Virus record (IMG/VR): IMGVR_UViG_3300043754_000129
Span: 1-64,000 of that record
Source: a virus
Taxonomy: Duplodnaviria; Caudoviricetes
Reading direction: 5' to 3' (one strand)
DNA length: 64,000 nucleotides
The notes below the pieces were generated by a model. That model saw only the letters and a list, made by a program, of their open reading frames with translations, had not been told where the DNA came from and did not search any database. Both the position numbers and the translations under genes were made by a program. This document shows, piece after piece, positions 9,063 to 17,820 of this stretch. Position 1 is the stretch's first letter, and each line of letters begins with the position of its first letter.

Positions 9063-9542
9063 TTATCCTTGGTTATCGTCTTTCTTGCCGCCCTGAATGA
9101 CTTGCAGGCGGTCCTTCAAGCGCGGGGTGGAGATGCGCTCGATGTCAAAGCGGTGATCGGCTTCTGCGAGATGCATACGGCCGTCGTACGCCGAGTCCCG
9201 TACCGGCTCAAGCAAGACGACCGGCACGTTGTAGGCGGGCATGTAGAAGTTCGGCACATCGGTTTCGATGGCGAGGTCCACGAGGAAGATCTGGGCATTG
9301 CCGTGACCTTCCAGGATGTGGCAGTTGATGCCCACGATGCCTTCTTCGCCCGTCTCGTCATTCTTCCAGTACGAGTTGTACGTCGTGGGAATGGGATCGG
9401 GCAGCTTGTCCTTCGCCGGATCGAACTCGCGACCGAAGTGAACCTTCCACTGTTTCTTGGTCTCTTCCATCGCAATTGCGTAAGGCGACTTGGGGTTCGT
9501 CAGCATAATACGCTTCAGAGCGTCGATGTGCAGAATTCTCAT
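9063..9542 (-). CDS. hypothetical protein
   Basis: ORF with an AACCAAGGAG leader. Confidence 0.7.
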   Translation of the reverse strand: MRILHIDALKRIMLTNPKSPYAIAMEETKKQWKVHFGREFDPAKDKLPDPIPTTYNSYWKNDETGEEGIVGINCHILEGHGNAQIFLVDLAIETDVPNFYMPAYNVPVVLLEPVRDSAYDGRMHLAEADHRFDIERISTPRLKDRLQVIQGGKKDDNQG

Positions 9543-9556
9543 GCCGTACTCCTTGG

Positions 9557-10147
9557 TTATCGGTAGTTCTTACCCGCCATCCAGCGCATGAAGCGCTCCC
9601 AGCGCGGGCGTGATTGATGCACCTCTCGCGCGTGTTCTTCCGGTGGCAGGTTCTTGCGCAATTGCCATGCGCGCGTATCGCGGTTGGTGGTGTTCGCAAT
9701 ATGGATCGGATCAAAGCCGTACTCGGCTGCGGTCGCTGACCAAGGAGCTGCATAGTTCGTGACACCATCCTCCAACTGCTTGACCAGCTCGAAACGACGC
9801 CAGATCCATCTATCCAACTCATCATTAACGAGGAGTGGATGTCCGACGGTGATCGTCTTAAGTTCTTCGCTAAATGCCGGCGTGAGATACTTCAGAGCGC
9901 GGTGGACGTAGTTGTGTGCATCTGGATCCCTGTAGACGAAATGCGAGAGATCAGCGGCACGTTCCTCCTCTGTGAGGTCAGCACCCATCACGATCTTCAC
10001 GACAGTCACGATGGCCAAGCGACTCGCATACTCCTTGGCGGCTTCACGCTGCGCCTTGGTACGCTTCTCGACGATGTAATGCGTCATCGCCTGGATCTGC
10101 CGATAGCGCCGGCGACTCCGTTTGACACGAATGGTTTCAAAAGCCAC
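9557..10147 (-). CDS. hypothetical protein
   Basis: GTG start at 10147 with a GGAGG RBS, inside ORF 9557..10237. Confidence 0.6.
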   Translation of the reverse strand: MAFETIRVKRSRRRYRQIQAMTHYIVEKRTKAQREAAKEYASRLAIVTVVKIVMGADLTEEERAADLSHFVYRDPDAHNYVHRALKYLTPAFSEELKTITVGHPLLVNDELDRWIWRRFELVKQLEDGVTNYAAPWSATAAEYGFDPIHIANTTNRDTRAWQLRKNLPPEEHAREVHQSRPRWERFMRWMAGKNYR

Positions 10148-10208
10148 GGCTGACCTCCATGAGATCAACCGTTGCAGTACGAAATTGCCGATGCATGTTT
10201 TTCCTTGG

Positions 10209-10421
10209 TTATTGGTATATGCAAACGCGCCAGACATAATTCACGGCGAACGCCACCACCACACTCATGAAGAGAGTGAGGAGGTAGCGACGACGATGAT
10301 AGCTGCGGCGAACGCGGTAGTACGAGTGGGGATAGATGCGATGATGAAACTTCATCTTCAGGCGACGACCACGCATAAAAGCAAAGAGCGTGATGACGAT
10401 GAAGGCGAGAAGCCACCCCAT
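10209..10421 (-). CDS. possible small two-TM membrane protein
   Basis: Two hydrophobic stretches (WLLAFIVITLFAF; LLTLFMSVVVAFAV) separated by an Arg-rich loop; start uncertain. Confidence 0.35.
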   Translation of the reverse strand: MGWLLAFIVITLFAFMRGRRLKMKFHHRIYPHSYYRVRRSYHRRRYLLTLFMSVVVAFAVNYVWRVCIYQ

Positions 10422-10464
10422 GATGACGGCGGCTGCAATGTCGCTTGAATCCACTGAGTGGCTC

Positions 10465-10863
10465 CTAGAAAACCATCGCCAGACGCGCAGGTACCACTTC
10501 CGCATCCAGACCGATAGCTGCTTCGTCCGCATCCGCCTTCCGGGCGAAGTACGTGGCGAGCTTGTTATTCTGCGTCCAGTCCACCTTGCCCATGCAGATG
10601 GTCATGAACTCACTCACGCCGCGCTTGCGCACCACGTGGGGATTTTCGCGATCGAAGCGCTCTTGTACCGCAGCCCAGAAGGCGAGCGCTGCTTGATCGA
10701 GTTTGTCGGGGTCAGTCACTTCCACTTTCCCGTCAGGCGAGATCACGACCAGCGGTTTGCTGTCGTTGGTCTGGATGACGAGGTTGGGTTGGAAGGTACT
10801 TTCGCCGATTGAGAGGACGCCAGGCCACCCGCCTTGAAACACATGCGGATTATCTTCACTCAT
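10465..10863 (-). CDS. hypothetical protein
   Basis: ORF with a GGAG RBS, coupled to its neighbour. Confidence 0.65.
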   Translation of the reverse strand: MSEDNPHVFQGGWPGVLSIGESTFQPNLVIQTNDSKPLVVISPDGKVEVTDPDKLDQAALAFWAAVQERFDRENPHVVRKRGVSEFMTICMGKVDWTQNNKLATYFARKADADEAAIGLDAEVVPARLAMVF

Positions 10864-11161
10864 GGTGAGACTCCTTTTGTTTGAATTCTGTTTTGATGTC
10901 GTCGATGGTCACGAGCGACGCCGACTGCCACTCGGGCTTTTTGCGGCGAATGCGCAGCGTAGTCGTCGTGCCGTCGATATCCACGAAGTCGATCCGGTCC
11001 GCTCGGGCGTAGGCCGACCAGTGATGCTTGAGGTCATAGAGCAGATCGATGTCCTCAGGCTTCTGTTCGCCGTCTCGGATAGCAAGACGCGGTTCGTGGC
11101 GCAAGTCGGTCCTGAACAGCATAAGGATCAGGTAACGACCGTACAGTGACTTATCCATCAC
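10856..11161 (-). CDS. hypothetical protein
   Basis: ORF in a tightly packed operon. Confidence 0.6.
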   Translation of the reverse strand: MMDKSLYGRYLILMLFRTDLRHEPRLAIRDGEQKPEDIDLLYDLKHHWSAYARADRIDFVDIDGTTTTLRIRRKKPEWQSASLVTIDDIKTEFKQKESHHE

Positions 11162-11166
11162 TTGTC

Positions 11167-11625
11167 CTAGTTGTACTTAGGATGAAGATCCCACGTGATC
11201 ACCTTATCCACGATGGGAACCAAACGTCGTCCTTCTTGACGACGAATCATGGTCCGCGCTTGAAACTGCCACGTCAACGCGAGCGGGTCATTCTGAAACA
11301 TGGCCTGCACAAGTTGAGCATGCGGTCCAGCAAGCTTCAACGTACCAACGATCTGGAGATCATCTTCCCCCGACAACTGTTGGGTGCCGATATCCGTGAA
11401 GAGGCCGAACGCGTTCAAACCGTTGATCGTGAGCAACTGCTTCTGATTACGGCCCTGGTGCGTTGGGTTCAACTCGGCCACCACGTGGTTCCGGCGCACC
11501 CGTGCTGTCACATCAGACAGATGCTCGTAGAACCACTGCGGTTTATAGACGATGTCCTCGTTGGCTTGATCGCCCATCATTCCGAGCTTGATGACATAAG
11601 CCCCATGTTGTTCTTTGATGATCAC
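11167..11625 (-). CDS. hypothetical protein
   Basis: ORF with a TAGGAG RBS. Confidence 0.65.
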   Translation of the reverse strand: MIIKEQHGAYVIKLGMMGDQANEDIVYKPQWFYEHLSDVTARVRRNHVVAELNPTHQGRNQKQLLTINGLNAFGLFTDIGTQQLSGEDDLQIVGTLKLAGPHAQLVQAMFQNDPLALTWQFQARTMIRRQEGRRLVPIVDKVITWDLHPKYN

Positions 11626-11637
11626 CGCAACTCCTAA

Positions 11638-11874
11638 TTACGTATACGACATCGGGATGTCAACCGACGAGTCGATAATTTCCCGATACGGCCGGAACGT
11701 GTCCGCTCCGTTAAGCGACACGCTGTCCTGGGGATGCAGGTAAAAGTCCACAATCGGACCATTGCCACGGCGAGCGAAGAACAGACCTTGCTGCGCGTTC
11801 CAGCGCGCGATAGCTGCACCCTTCGATTGACCAGCGTAATAAGAGCCGTGTTTAAGTTCTGCTTTAGAAATCAT
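11638..11874 (-). CDS. small conserved phage hypothetical protein (MI.K..L..G.YY.G...ARW family)
   Basis: ATG at 11874 with a GGAG RBS; motif recalled from other phages. Confidence 0.6.
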   Translation of the reverse strand: MISKAELKHGSYYAGQSKGAAIARWNAQQGLFFARRGNGPIVDFYLHPQDSVSLNGADTFRPYREIIDSSVDIPMSYT

Positions 11875-11920
11875 CTTATCCTCTCCAGGAAGATGCTGCG
11901 AGCTTCCAAAACACCTAATG

Positions 11921-12643
11921 TTACATTGCGTCTGCCGGATGGGCGATGACGCGTGACACCAACTCAATCAGACTCTCCCGAGTCTGTTCATGCTCCGGTT
12001 GAGTTGTTAAGGTATCAACGTACTTGATGAAGTCCTGCCACCAAGCATCGTTTACTTCTGACAGCCCCGACAGCCAGATAGCCGCTCGGTCAACGCACTC
12101 CTTTTGTTGCGCAGTAAGACCGGACAGCTCTTTGAGATCTTCGATCGTATCAGCTACCGATCGAATCTTTAGAAAATCAAAACGCAATTGATACCAGTAC
12201 TCCGGATTATTCTCCTCAAGTAAAGTTGCCACATGGTCAAGGGAATCCACACCCTCGGGTACAGGGGTGGTAAGGTGGACGAGATTGGCTGCCTGTGCAG
12301 CAGCCATTACGGCCTGGTGGGCCGCCACGTCCGCGGGGGTCGGATGCATGACTTCCCACATCTCTGCGGGTTCAAGCCACCGGACTCCCGATTGGTACAC
12401 GAGCGCCACACGTTGAGCGCCCGGGAACGCGACGACGAACCCCTCCACCCGATTCTCTGGGCGATCGCCGAGCAGCCCCATCGCTTTGCGACGGGTCATG
12501 TTGCTGATCGTGATCTTCCAGTCCTTCTCGGTTGGACAGTCCGGCGTCTTAGGTCTATGCCGCAACAAGATGGGCAAGAAAATGAGGACGGTCAGAAGTA
12601 TCCCCGCTGCCGCCCCAAAACAGAATACGCTATCGATTGGCAT
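11921..12643 (-). CDS. hypothetical protein with an N-terminal TM anchor
   Basis: AAAGILLTVLIFLPILL helix; TAATG coupling to the tmk stop. Confidence 0.65.
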   Translation of the reverse strand: MPIDSVFCFGAAAGILLTVLIFLPILLRHRPKTPDCPTEKDWKITISNMTRRKAMGLLGDRPENRVEGFVVAFPGAQRVALVYQSGVRWLEPAEMWEVMHPTPADVAAHQAVMAAAQAANLVHLTTPVPEGVDSLDHVATLLEENNPEYWYQLRFDFLKIRSVADTIEDLKELSGLTAQQKECVDRAAIWLSGLSEVNDAWWQDFIKYVDTLTTQPEHEQTRESLIELVSRVIAHPADAM

Positions 12644-13404
12644 TACGCCCCCATCAGCGACGGGTAAAGCGCGTGCTGCGCTTTATACATCGCCTGATGC
12701 GCTTCGAAATACGGCATCAGCTTGCTGCTGACGAGCTCGCTCACTTCCGCAAACACTTGCTCCACCGATTGATTGGCGTTCACGTCCATCATGCGTGCGC
12801 CACCGATCTGACGACGATATTCATAGCCTTCGAACGTGCGCTGCTTGAACATCATCTCTTCCGCATTCATGCGGTTGAATTCCTTCACGCGGCCGGCCAG
12901 ACGCGCTTGTGCGACTGCGAGCGGAATCTTCAGGAAGAGCGTGATGTTCGGCTTGAAGTTGCCTTCGACGATCTCTTCGAGCATCTCGACTTCCTTCAGC
13001 TGACCGCGACCCGCGCCCTGGTACGCGTAGTTGCTATCGAACCAGCGATCCGCAATCACCAGCTTGCCTTCACGCATGGCCGGCTTGATGATCGACTCCA
13101 GACACTGCGCGCGTGCAGCTGCAAAGAGCAGCGCTTCGGCAATGTGTTGAACCGGTTCACCCGTGTCTTCGGTGCCGAGCACCAGGTGACGGATCTTCTC
13201 GGCGTAGGGACTGCCACCGGGCTGGCGCACGACCACGGGTTCAATGCCGTGAGCACGCACGCACTGCACGAGATGCGGCACGATCGTGGACTTGCCGCTG
13301 CCGTCGGGACCTTCCACGCTCCAGAACTGGCCGGGGTAGAGGGCGAACTTCTTGCTGTGCAGTTGCGGGTTCAAAAGGTCAAGGGTGCTGATGATGTGGT
13401 TCAT
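12643..13404 (-). CDS. tmk: thymidylate kinase
   Basis: P-loop EGPDGSGKST, ALLFAAARAQ and DRWFDSNYAYQG. Confidence 0.95.
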   Translation of the reverse strand: MNHIISTLDLLNPQLHSKKFALYPGQFWSVEGPDGSGKSTIVPHLVQCVRAHGIEPVVVRQPGGSPYAEKIRHLVLGTEDTGEPVQHIAEALLFAAARAQCLESIIKPAMREGKLVIADRWFDSNYAYQGAGRGQLKEVEMLEEIVEGNFKPNITLFLKIPLAVAQARLAGRVKEFNRMNAEEMMFKQRTFEGYEYRRQIGGARMMDVNANQSVEQVFAEVSELVSSKLMPYFEAHQAMYKAQHALYPSLMGA

Positions 13405-13485
13405 TTGGTTCTAAGTGGTTGTAGTGTATAGGCTTGTTCCATAACGTAGGCCCGTTTAATAAATTCTACCCAAACCACATAACGA

Positions 13486-13516
13486 CGGCATAAAAGCGGA
13501 GCCGAAGCCCCGCTTC
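13486..13516 (-). terminator. hairpin + TTTTATGCCG element
   Basis: Stem AAGCGG/CCGCTT, then TTTTATGCCG on the minus strand. Confidence 0.7.
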
Positions 13517-13528
13517 AAATGACTGGCA

Positions 13529-14017
13529 TTACGCCGGCTCCAGATCTTTTTCTTGAATCAGGTACGTGTGATCCACTTGCAAACGTCGATGCATCACCGG
13601 TCGCTGAGGATCGCTGATCACGTCGAGTTCAGGGCGACGGTAGGGCTTCTTACCGACGGCCGTGAAGCCCGTAATCGAGATGCGAATCTTCTCGGTGCCT
13701 TCCAGCAAGACACTGGTCAGTGGACACTCTTTGAGCAGTCCGACGATCGTGTTTTGGAAGATGCAGTCCGGTGCCATCTGCAACGAATGGATACGCACGT
13801 AGGCGTCGCCCGCGTCGACTACCTTATCGTCCTCGATCTGGATGCAGGCAACCAGACCGCTGTTCTTCAGCGCCGTCACTTCGAAGTGTACCGGTTGGCT
13901 AAAGTCAATCTCGGGAAGCTTCTGACCATTGGTCATAAACTTCGAATTCAAAAACGCCCCGTGGACGAGGTCCTTCAGTCCCGCGATATTCATGTTGGTT
14001 TTAGAGGTGCTGCTCAA
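13529..14017 (-). CDS. hypothetical protein
   Basis: ORF; start either TTG 14017 (coupled) or ATG 13993. Confidence 0.6.
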   Translation of the reverse strand: MSSTSKTNMNIAGLKDLVHGAFLNSKFMTNGQKLPEIDFSQPVHFEVTALKNSGLVACIQIEDDKVVDAGDAYVRIHSLQMAPDCIFQNTIVGLLKECPLTSVLLEGTEKIRISITGFTAVGKKPYRRPELDVISDPQRPVMHRRLQVDHTYLIQEKDLEPA

Positions 14018-14436
14018 ACGTAGTTGTAGTAGACATCGCTGTCAAACTCACGCCGCAGGGAAATGAACCCGGGTACTTCATGCGGTGCAAGGCCTTCATC
14101 TTCCTCATCCATTACGACGTGGTCTTCGCCGATGGAAAAGAGATCCTCCTCTGACAGAATCAGAGTCGGCAGCAGTAACTTCGGGACACACTTACGGGCT
14201 TCCTCCGTAAATTGGTATTTGCCGGAAACCCGCCAAACCAAGATCTGGATTTGTCCCTCGACTCGCTTCGCCTGAAACAACAGCTGATAGCGACCGTTAT
14301 GACTTAACTTCCTCAACCGACTCTTACACGTTGGAGAGAGCGGAAGGTCCTGCAAATGTACCGTTGTAGCCACGATACGCCCCATGATTAAAAAGGTGGT
14401 CCCAGGGATGCTTCTCGCATCCTCTTCGTACTGCAT
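14014..14436 (-). CDS. hypothetical protein (visibly AT-richer)
   Basis: ORF fills the gap between neighbours; composition differs from the flanks. Confidence 0.5.
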   Translation of the reverse strand: MQYEEDARSIPGTTFLIMGRIVATTVHLQDLPLSPTCKSRLRKLSHNGRYQLLFQAKRVEGQIQILVWRVSGKYQFTEEARKCVPKLLLPTLILSEEDLFSIGEDHVVMDEEDEGLAPHEVPGFISLRREFDSDVYYNYV

Positions 14437-14464
14437 AGCATTCTAGGACCACCTTCACAGGGGC

Positions 14465-15394
14465 TTACTCGGGCTTCGCCAAGTGTTCGCGCAGCGTCGC
14501 GCCGAGCACGGTTTCGTGCAGGACATTGGCCGGCGTTTCAACGACTTCCGACTGGCCAGCAGCGACTGCCAGACGGTGGTATTGCGCGTTTTCGATCTGC
14601 GACTGATGTGCCGACATGTTCTCGTGAACGGCGTCCGCACGCAGGAAGTGATCTTCGATGATGATGCGCGACCACGGCTCGTACTCGGCCTTGTGCTCGT
14701 TGAGCTCGTTGAGCGAGCGCACCGGACCATCGAGGTGGACGTTCTCCTTCTTCTTGACGGAGATGTAAGCCGGCAGTTCCAGGAAGTGAACAACGGCCAG
14801 ATGCGTACGACCCACGGAGTTCGCCGTGTCGTGGATGAACCCACGGAACTTCAGCGCTTCCTTGTGGTCGAGAATGCTCCACACGTGAACTTCTTCACCC
14901 GTACGCGTGTCGATGAAGATGCACTCTTCTTCGAGCTCGCGACCGAGATTCGTGAGGATGGTGTTGTAGAGATCGAGATCCCCGTTGGCCATCCAGCTGA
15001 AGTCCTCGTACTCGATGTGACCACCCCAGCCGATCGAGCTCTTGCCATCGAGGCGTTGCTCGCCGGCGCCCGGCACGCGGTAGTACGTCGAGACCTTCGT
15101 CGCGTCGTTGTCCGCGCCCAGCCAGCCGATGATCGTGTACGGCAGGATCTGCAACACGCTTTCGTCGCTTTCGAGGCGATTGCGTTGACGCAGCACGATG
15201 CGGCTGTTCACGAGCTTGCTGTTGGGCGTTTCGTCCGAGAGGCCGAGGGCCGCGCCATTGTCTTCGAACCACCACCAGGGTTTGTTATCGAGACAGTTGG
15301 GCGTGAGGCCCATCTCGACGACAGCCTTGGTGTCGATACCGACGATGAAGGCGGGGTACTTCGTGTGGAACTTCTTTTCTTGGTTCTGGCTCAT
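14465..15394 (-). CDS. NUDIX-family phosphoesterase (COG4112-like)
   Basis: R..LE.DE..LQILPY, GE.RL.GK.SIG.GGH, Nudix box RELEEE and N.VGR.HL. Confidence 0.8.
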   Translation of the reverse strand: MSQNQEKKFHTKYPAFIVGIDTKAVVEMGLTPNCLDNKPWWWFEDNGAALGLSDETPNSKLVNSRIVLRQRNRLESDESVLQILPYTIIGWLGADNDATKVSTYYRVPGAGEQRLDGKSSIGWGGHIEYEDFSWMANGDLDLYNTILTNLGRELEEECIFIDTRTGEEVHVWSILDHKEALKFRGFIHDTANSVGRTHLAVVHFLELPAYISVKKKENVHLDGPVRSLNELNEHKAEYEPWSRIIIEDHFLRADAVHENMSAHQSQIENAQYHRLAVAAGQSEVVETPANVLHETVLGATLREHLAKPE

Positions 15395-15417
15395 TGTTCA
15401 CTGTTTCCGATTGAGGA

Positions 15418-15753
15418 TTACTGCGCTTTGTCGAAGCCGCTCAGCTCACGCTTTTCCGTGATGTGCTTCAGGCTCTTTTCGCGGAAGCCATGAATGTCTT
15501 CTGCGATCTTTTCTTCCAGCTCGAGAATGTAATCGAGCAGCGATTCGATGATGGAACCATCGAAGAGGCTGTGGTCATGCGGGCGACCACCGGCCCAGGT
15601 CAGCAGGTGCGTGTTGGCAGCCGGCGGTTGGCCCAGGGGAACGTGAGCCGCAGCCAGCTGGCGCAGGAAAGCCGTCGGGTCAATCTTGAACTGTTTGCGC
15701 AGTTCGTCTTTCTTGAGTTGGCGGGCGGCTTCGCCATTCAGTTCAGGCATCAT
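15418..15753 (-). CDS. hypothetical protein
   Basis: ATG after a GGAG RBS. Confidence 0.6.
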   Translation of the reverse strand: MMPELNGEAARQLKKDELRKQFKIDPTAFLRQLAAAHVPLGQPPAANTHLLTWAGGRPHDHSLFDGSIIESLLDYILELEEKIAEDIHGFREKSLKHITEKRELSGFDKAQ

Positions 15754-15906
15754 AGACTCCATTGTCGTAAGGAGAGTTCCTGCACACGATCGCGCAGGGA
15801 AGTAAAAAACACTCTGATCTCAGAAAGACAAAATGTCTAACTCAGAGACTAAGTTAGTGATATATCAGTATTTTTGGTTTGGTTCTTTTCCTCCCTAGAA
15901 ATAGCC

Positions 15907-15955
15907 AAAAAAAGAGGGGCTGGTACCAAGGGGCGCCTATCGTCGCCCCACCCCT
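15907..15955 (-). terminator. branched terminator-like structure
   Basis: GAGGGG/CCCCTC outer stem enclosing a GGGCG/CGCCC hairpin, followed by T7 on the minus strand. Confidence 0.5.
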
Positions 15956-15993
15956 CAAACTCCGCGTGTCATCTTCGCGGATGGAACAGCCGG

Positions 15994-16284
15994 TTAGGCA
16001 AAGGCGGCGCTGCGACGGAACGCGCGCTTGGCATGACCCTTGCCGATGAAGACGGTCTCGGCTTGGTAGCCGAGCATGTTGAGTTGGGTGAACAGATCCT
16101 TCACTTGATCAGTCGTCGGACGCTTGATACGCGTCGGGTGCGAAACCTGGAAATGCAAAGACCGATGATGCCCTTGAGGATCCACAACGCTAGCGGAACC
16201 ATGAGCTTGCTTCGGATCCATCGATTCGTTAACAGCCACCTGAAAACGGTCATCGCGATGCCCCAAGATGAAATCGAATAGCAT
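15994..16284 (-). CDS. hypothetical protein
   Basis: ATG after an AAACCAAAGAAGGA leader. Confidence 0.65.
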   Translation of the reverse strand: MLFDFILGHRDDRFQVAVNESMDPKQAHGSASVVDPQGHHRSLHFQVSHPTRIKRPTTDQVKDLFTQLNMLGYQAETVFIGKGHAKRAFRRSAAFA

Positions 16285-16324
16285 GTTGTTCCTTCTTTGG
16301 TTTAGTATAGTTGCGAGACAGACA

Positions 16325-16353
16325 GGGGAGCGCTTCGCTCCCCCGCCTATGCC
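16325..16353. terminator. hairpin with TATGCCG arm
   Basis: GGGGAG/CTCCCC stem; TATGCCG follows on the plus strand. Confidence 0.5.
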
Positions 16354-16355
16354 GT

Positions 16356-17120
16356 TTAGTGCTGGACGGCCGTTGCGGCGTCGGTCTGCTCATGCGCACC
16401 GATGATCACGTTCACCGCGACTTCGAGCTTGTCACGGATGTACTCGTGGCTTTGGCCCGTCGACAGTGCGTTGCTGGCGATTGCTTCGAAGCGCACCTTT
16501 GCAGCTTCACGTGCCATGTCATCGAGACCGGCCACGCGTTGTTGTGCAACTTCGACGAGGCGCGCGACGTTCGGGTTGTCGCTGAACAGCGGACGGTTCA
16601 GGCCGTCTTCACGACGCGGGAAGCGCAGCACGCCTTCGCCCGTCGGACGATGTGCGCGAGCGAGCTCTTGCAGGTTCACCGTGGGCGACTTGCGCAGGAA
16701 CGCCGGAACGTCCGGGTTGTCTTCACGCATGATCTCGTGCGGACGATTCGGCACACTGTTCGTGACGTCGTAGCCGCGGGCGTGTTCGTCTTCGGTGGCT
16801 TCCGACGGGCCCGTAGCCGAGAAGTGTTGCACACCTTCCCAGGCGGCGACGTGCGAGAGCGTCCAGCCCTTCGCATGAAGTGCTTCTTGCAGATCGAGCA
16901 TGAAGCGCGGCGTGAGCAGCGGTGCTTCGTCGAAGTCCGGGAGGACCACGGCGACGGTACCGCCCTTGATGTTCAGGGCGCGATTCGATGCGACGATGTA
17001 GCCGTGTGCGGCGTGGTGGCGTGCTTCCTTGTGCACGAGCACATCCATTTCACCGACTTCGTTACGGTCAACGGAAACGGCCACACCCAGCTTACGGAGA
17101 ACTGCTTTCTTGATCGACAT
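16356..17120 (-). CDS. putative early protein carrying an FtsZ C-terminal-peptide-like motif (DVPAFLRK)
   Basis: ATG at 17120 after an AC-rich AAGGA leader; first gene after the promoter motif at 17201-17225. Confidence 0.75.
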   Translation of the reverse strand: MSIKKAVLRKLGVAVSVDRNEVGEMDVLVHKEARHHAAHGYIVASNRALNIKGGTVAVVLPDFDEAPLLTPRFMLDLQEALHAKGWTLSHVAAWEGVQHFSATGPSEATEDEHARGYDVTNSVPNRPHEIMREDNPDVPAFLRKSPTVNLQELARAHRPTGEGVLRFPRREDGLNRPLFSDNPNVARLVEVAQQRVAGLDDMAREAAKVRFEAIASNALSTGQSHEYIRDKLEVAVNVIIGAHEQTDAATAVQH

Positions 17121-17200
17121 GATTACTGTTCCTTTTTGGTTTGGTTGGTTATAACTACAGGGCACTACTGCCCATGACACTCGGTGATTTGGGGATCGAG

Positions 17201-17225
17201 GTCAAGGGCGTGATATAGGTCTGAA
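17201..17225 (-). promoter_or_regulatory. putative early (virion RNAP) promoter, copy 1: TTCAGACCTATATCACGCCCTTGAC
   Basis: The same 25-bp pattern occurs at 56171 and 60394, always intergenic and upstream of minus-strand accessory genes; the core resembles the phiKZ early TATATTAC motif. Confidence 0.65.
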
Positions 17226-17245
17226 CCTATTTTGAATCGCGATTA

Positions 17246-17722
17246 TCAATTGGTATTGAGGGTGACCGTAATCGGACCCGGCAGATAAAGTACCGAGTTC
17301 GCAATCGGAGCAATTTGAGCGGTACCCACAGTGGAGGTGCCGAATTGCAATTCCGTGGCCACAAGACCGAGTTGCATGGCGATGGCTTCGAGCAGCAACA
17401 CGCCCTTCGTATTGGCATGCACCGTCACGCTCGGGTTGGCGGGAACGATCTCACTGAGTGCCTTACGCTGGTAGATGATCGTCTGATTGCAGCCGTCTTC
17501 GTTGACATCTTCCACGAGGTCGGTCACGTAGACCATGATCATCGTGTTGCTGTTTGCGCCGTCCACGTTGACACCGGGAATCTCACGGTAGCCGCTCGGA
17601 GGAGGAAAGGGAAGGGGAGTACCGCACTTGACGTTGTTCGGATCCATCGGTGCAGTGAACGCAGGGTTCGTCGTATAGGCGATGATGTTCTGCGGACCCG
17701 TCAGACTGGGATTGATGTGCAT
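17246..17722 (-). CDS. virion structural protein, phiKZ-type tail/baseplate-associated paralog family
   Basis: NT..V...YQR..L..LGL...NSVLY.PG pattern shared with 17821, 18911 and 19392. Confidence 0.65.
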   Translation of the reverse strand: MHINPSLTGPQNIIAYTTNPAFTAPMDPNNVKCGTPLPFPPPSGYREIPGVNVDGANSNTMIMVYVTDLVEDVNEDGCNQTIIYQRKALSEIVPANPSVTVHANTKGVLLLEAIAMQLGLVATELQFGTSTVGTAQIAPIANSVLYLPGPITVTLNTN

Positions 17723-17744
17723 AGCGGATTTTGAGTTGAGGGAA

Positions 17745-17787
17745 TAAAAAGCGTACCCCAGGCTAACCCGAGGTACGCTTTCTTTTT
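17745..17787. terminator. bidirectional-type intrinsic terminator
   Basis: AAAGCGTACC/GGTACGCTTT 10-bp stem flanked by A and T tracts. Confidence 0.7.
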
Positions 17788-17820
17788 AGCTGTTCACTAC
17801 CTAGCTGTTACTGCGACTGC

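Noticed and set aside
15760-15990. tRNA or structured ncRNA in intergenic gaps (also 46880-47050, 60970-61120)
   Set aside because: No cloverleaf, T-loop (GTTCRA) or CCA pattern was found; only terminator-like or short hairpins.
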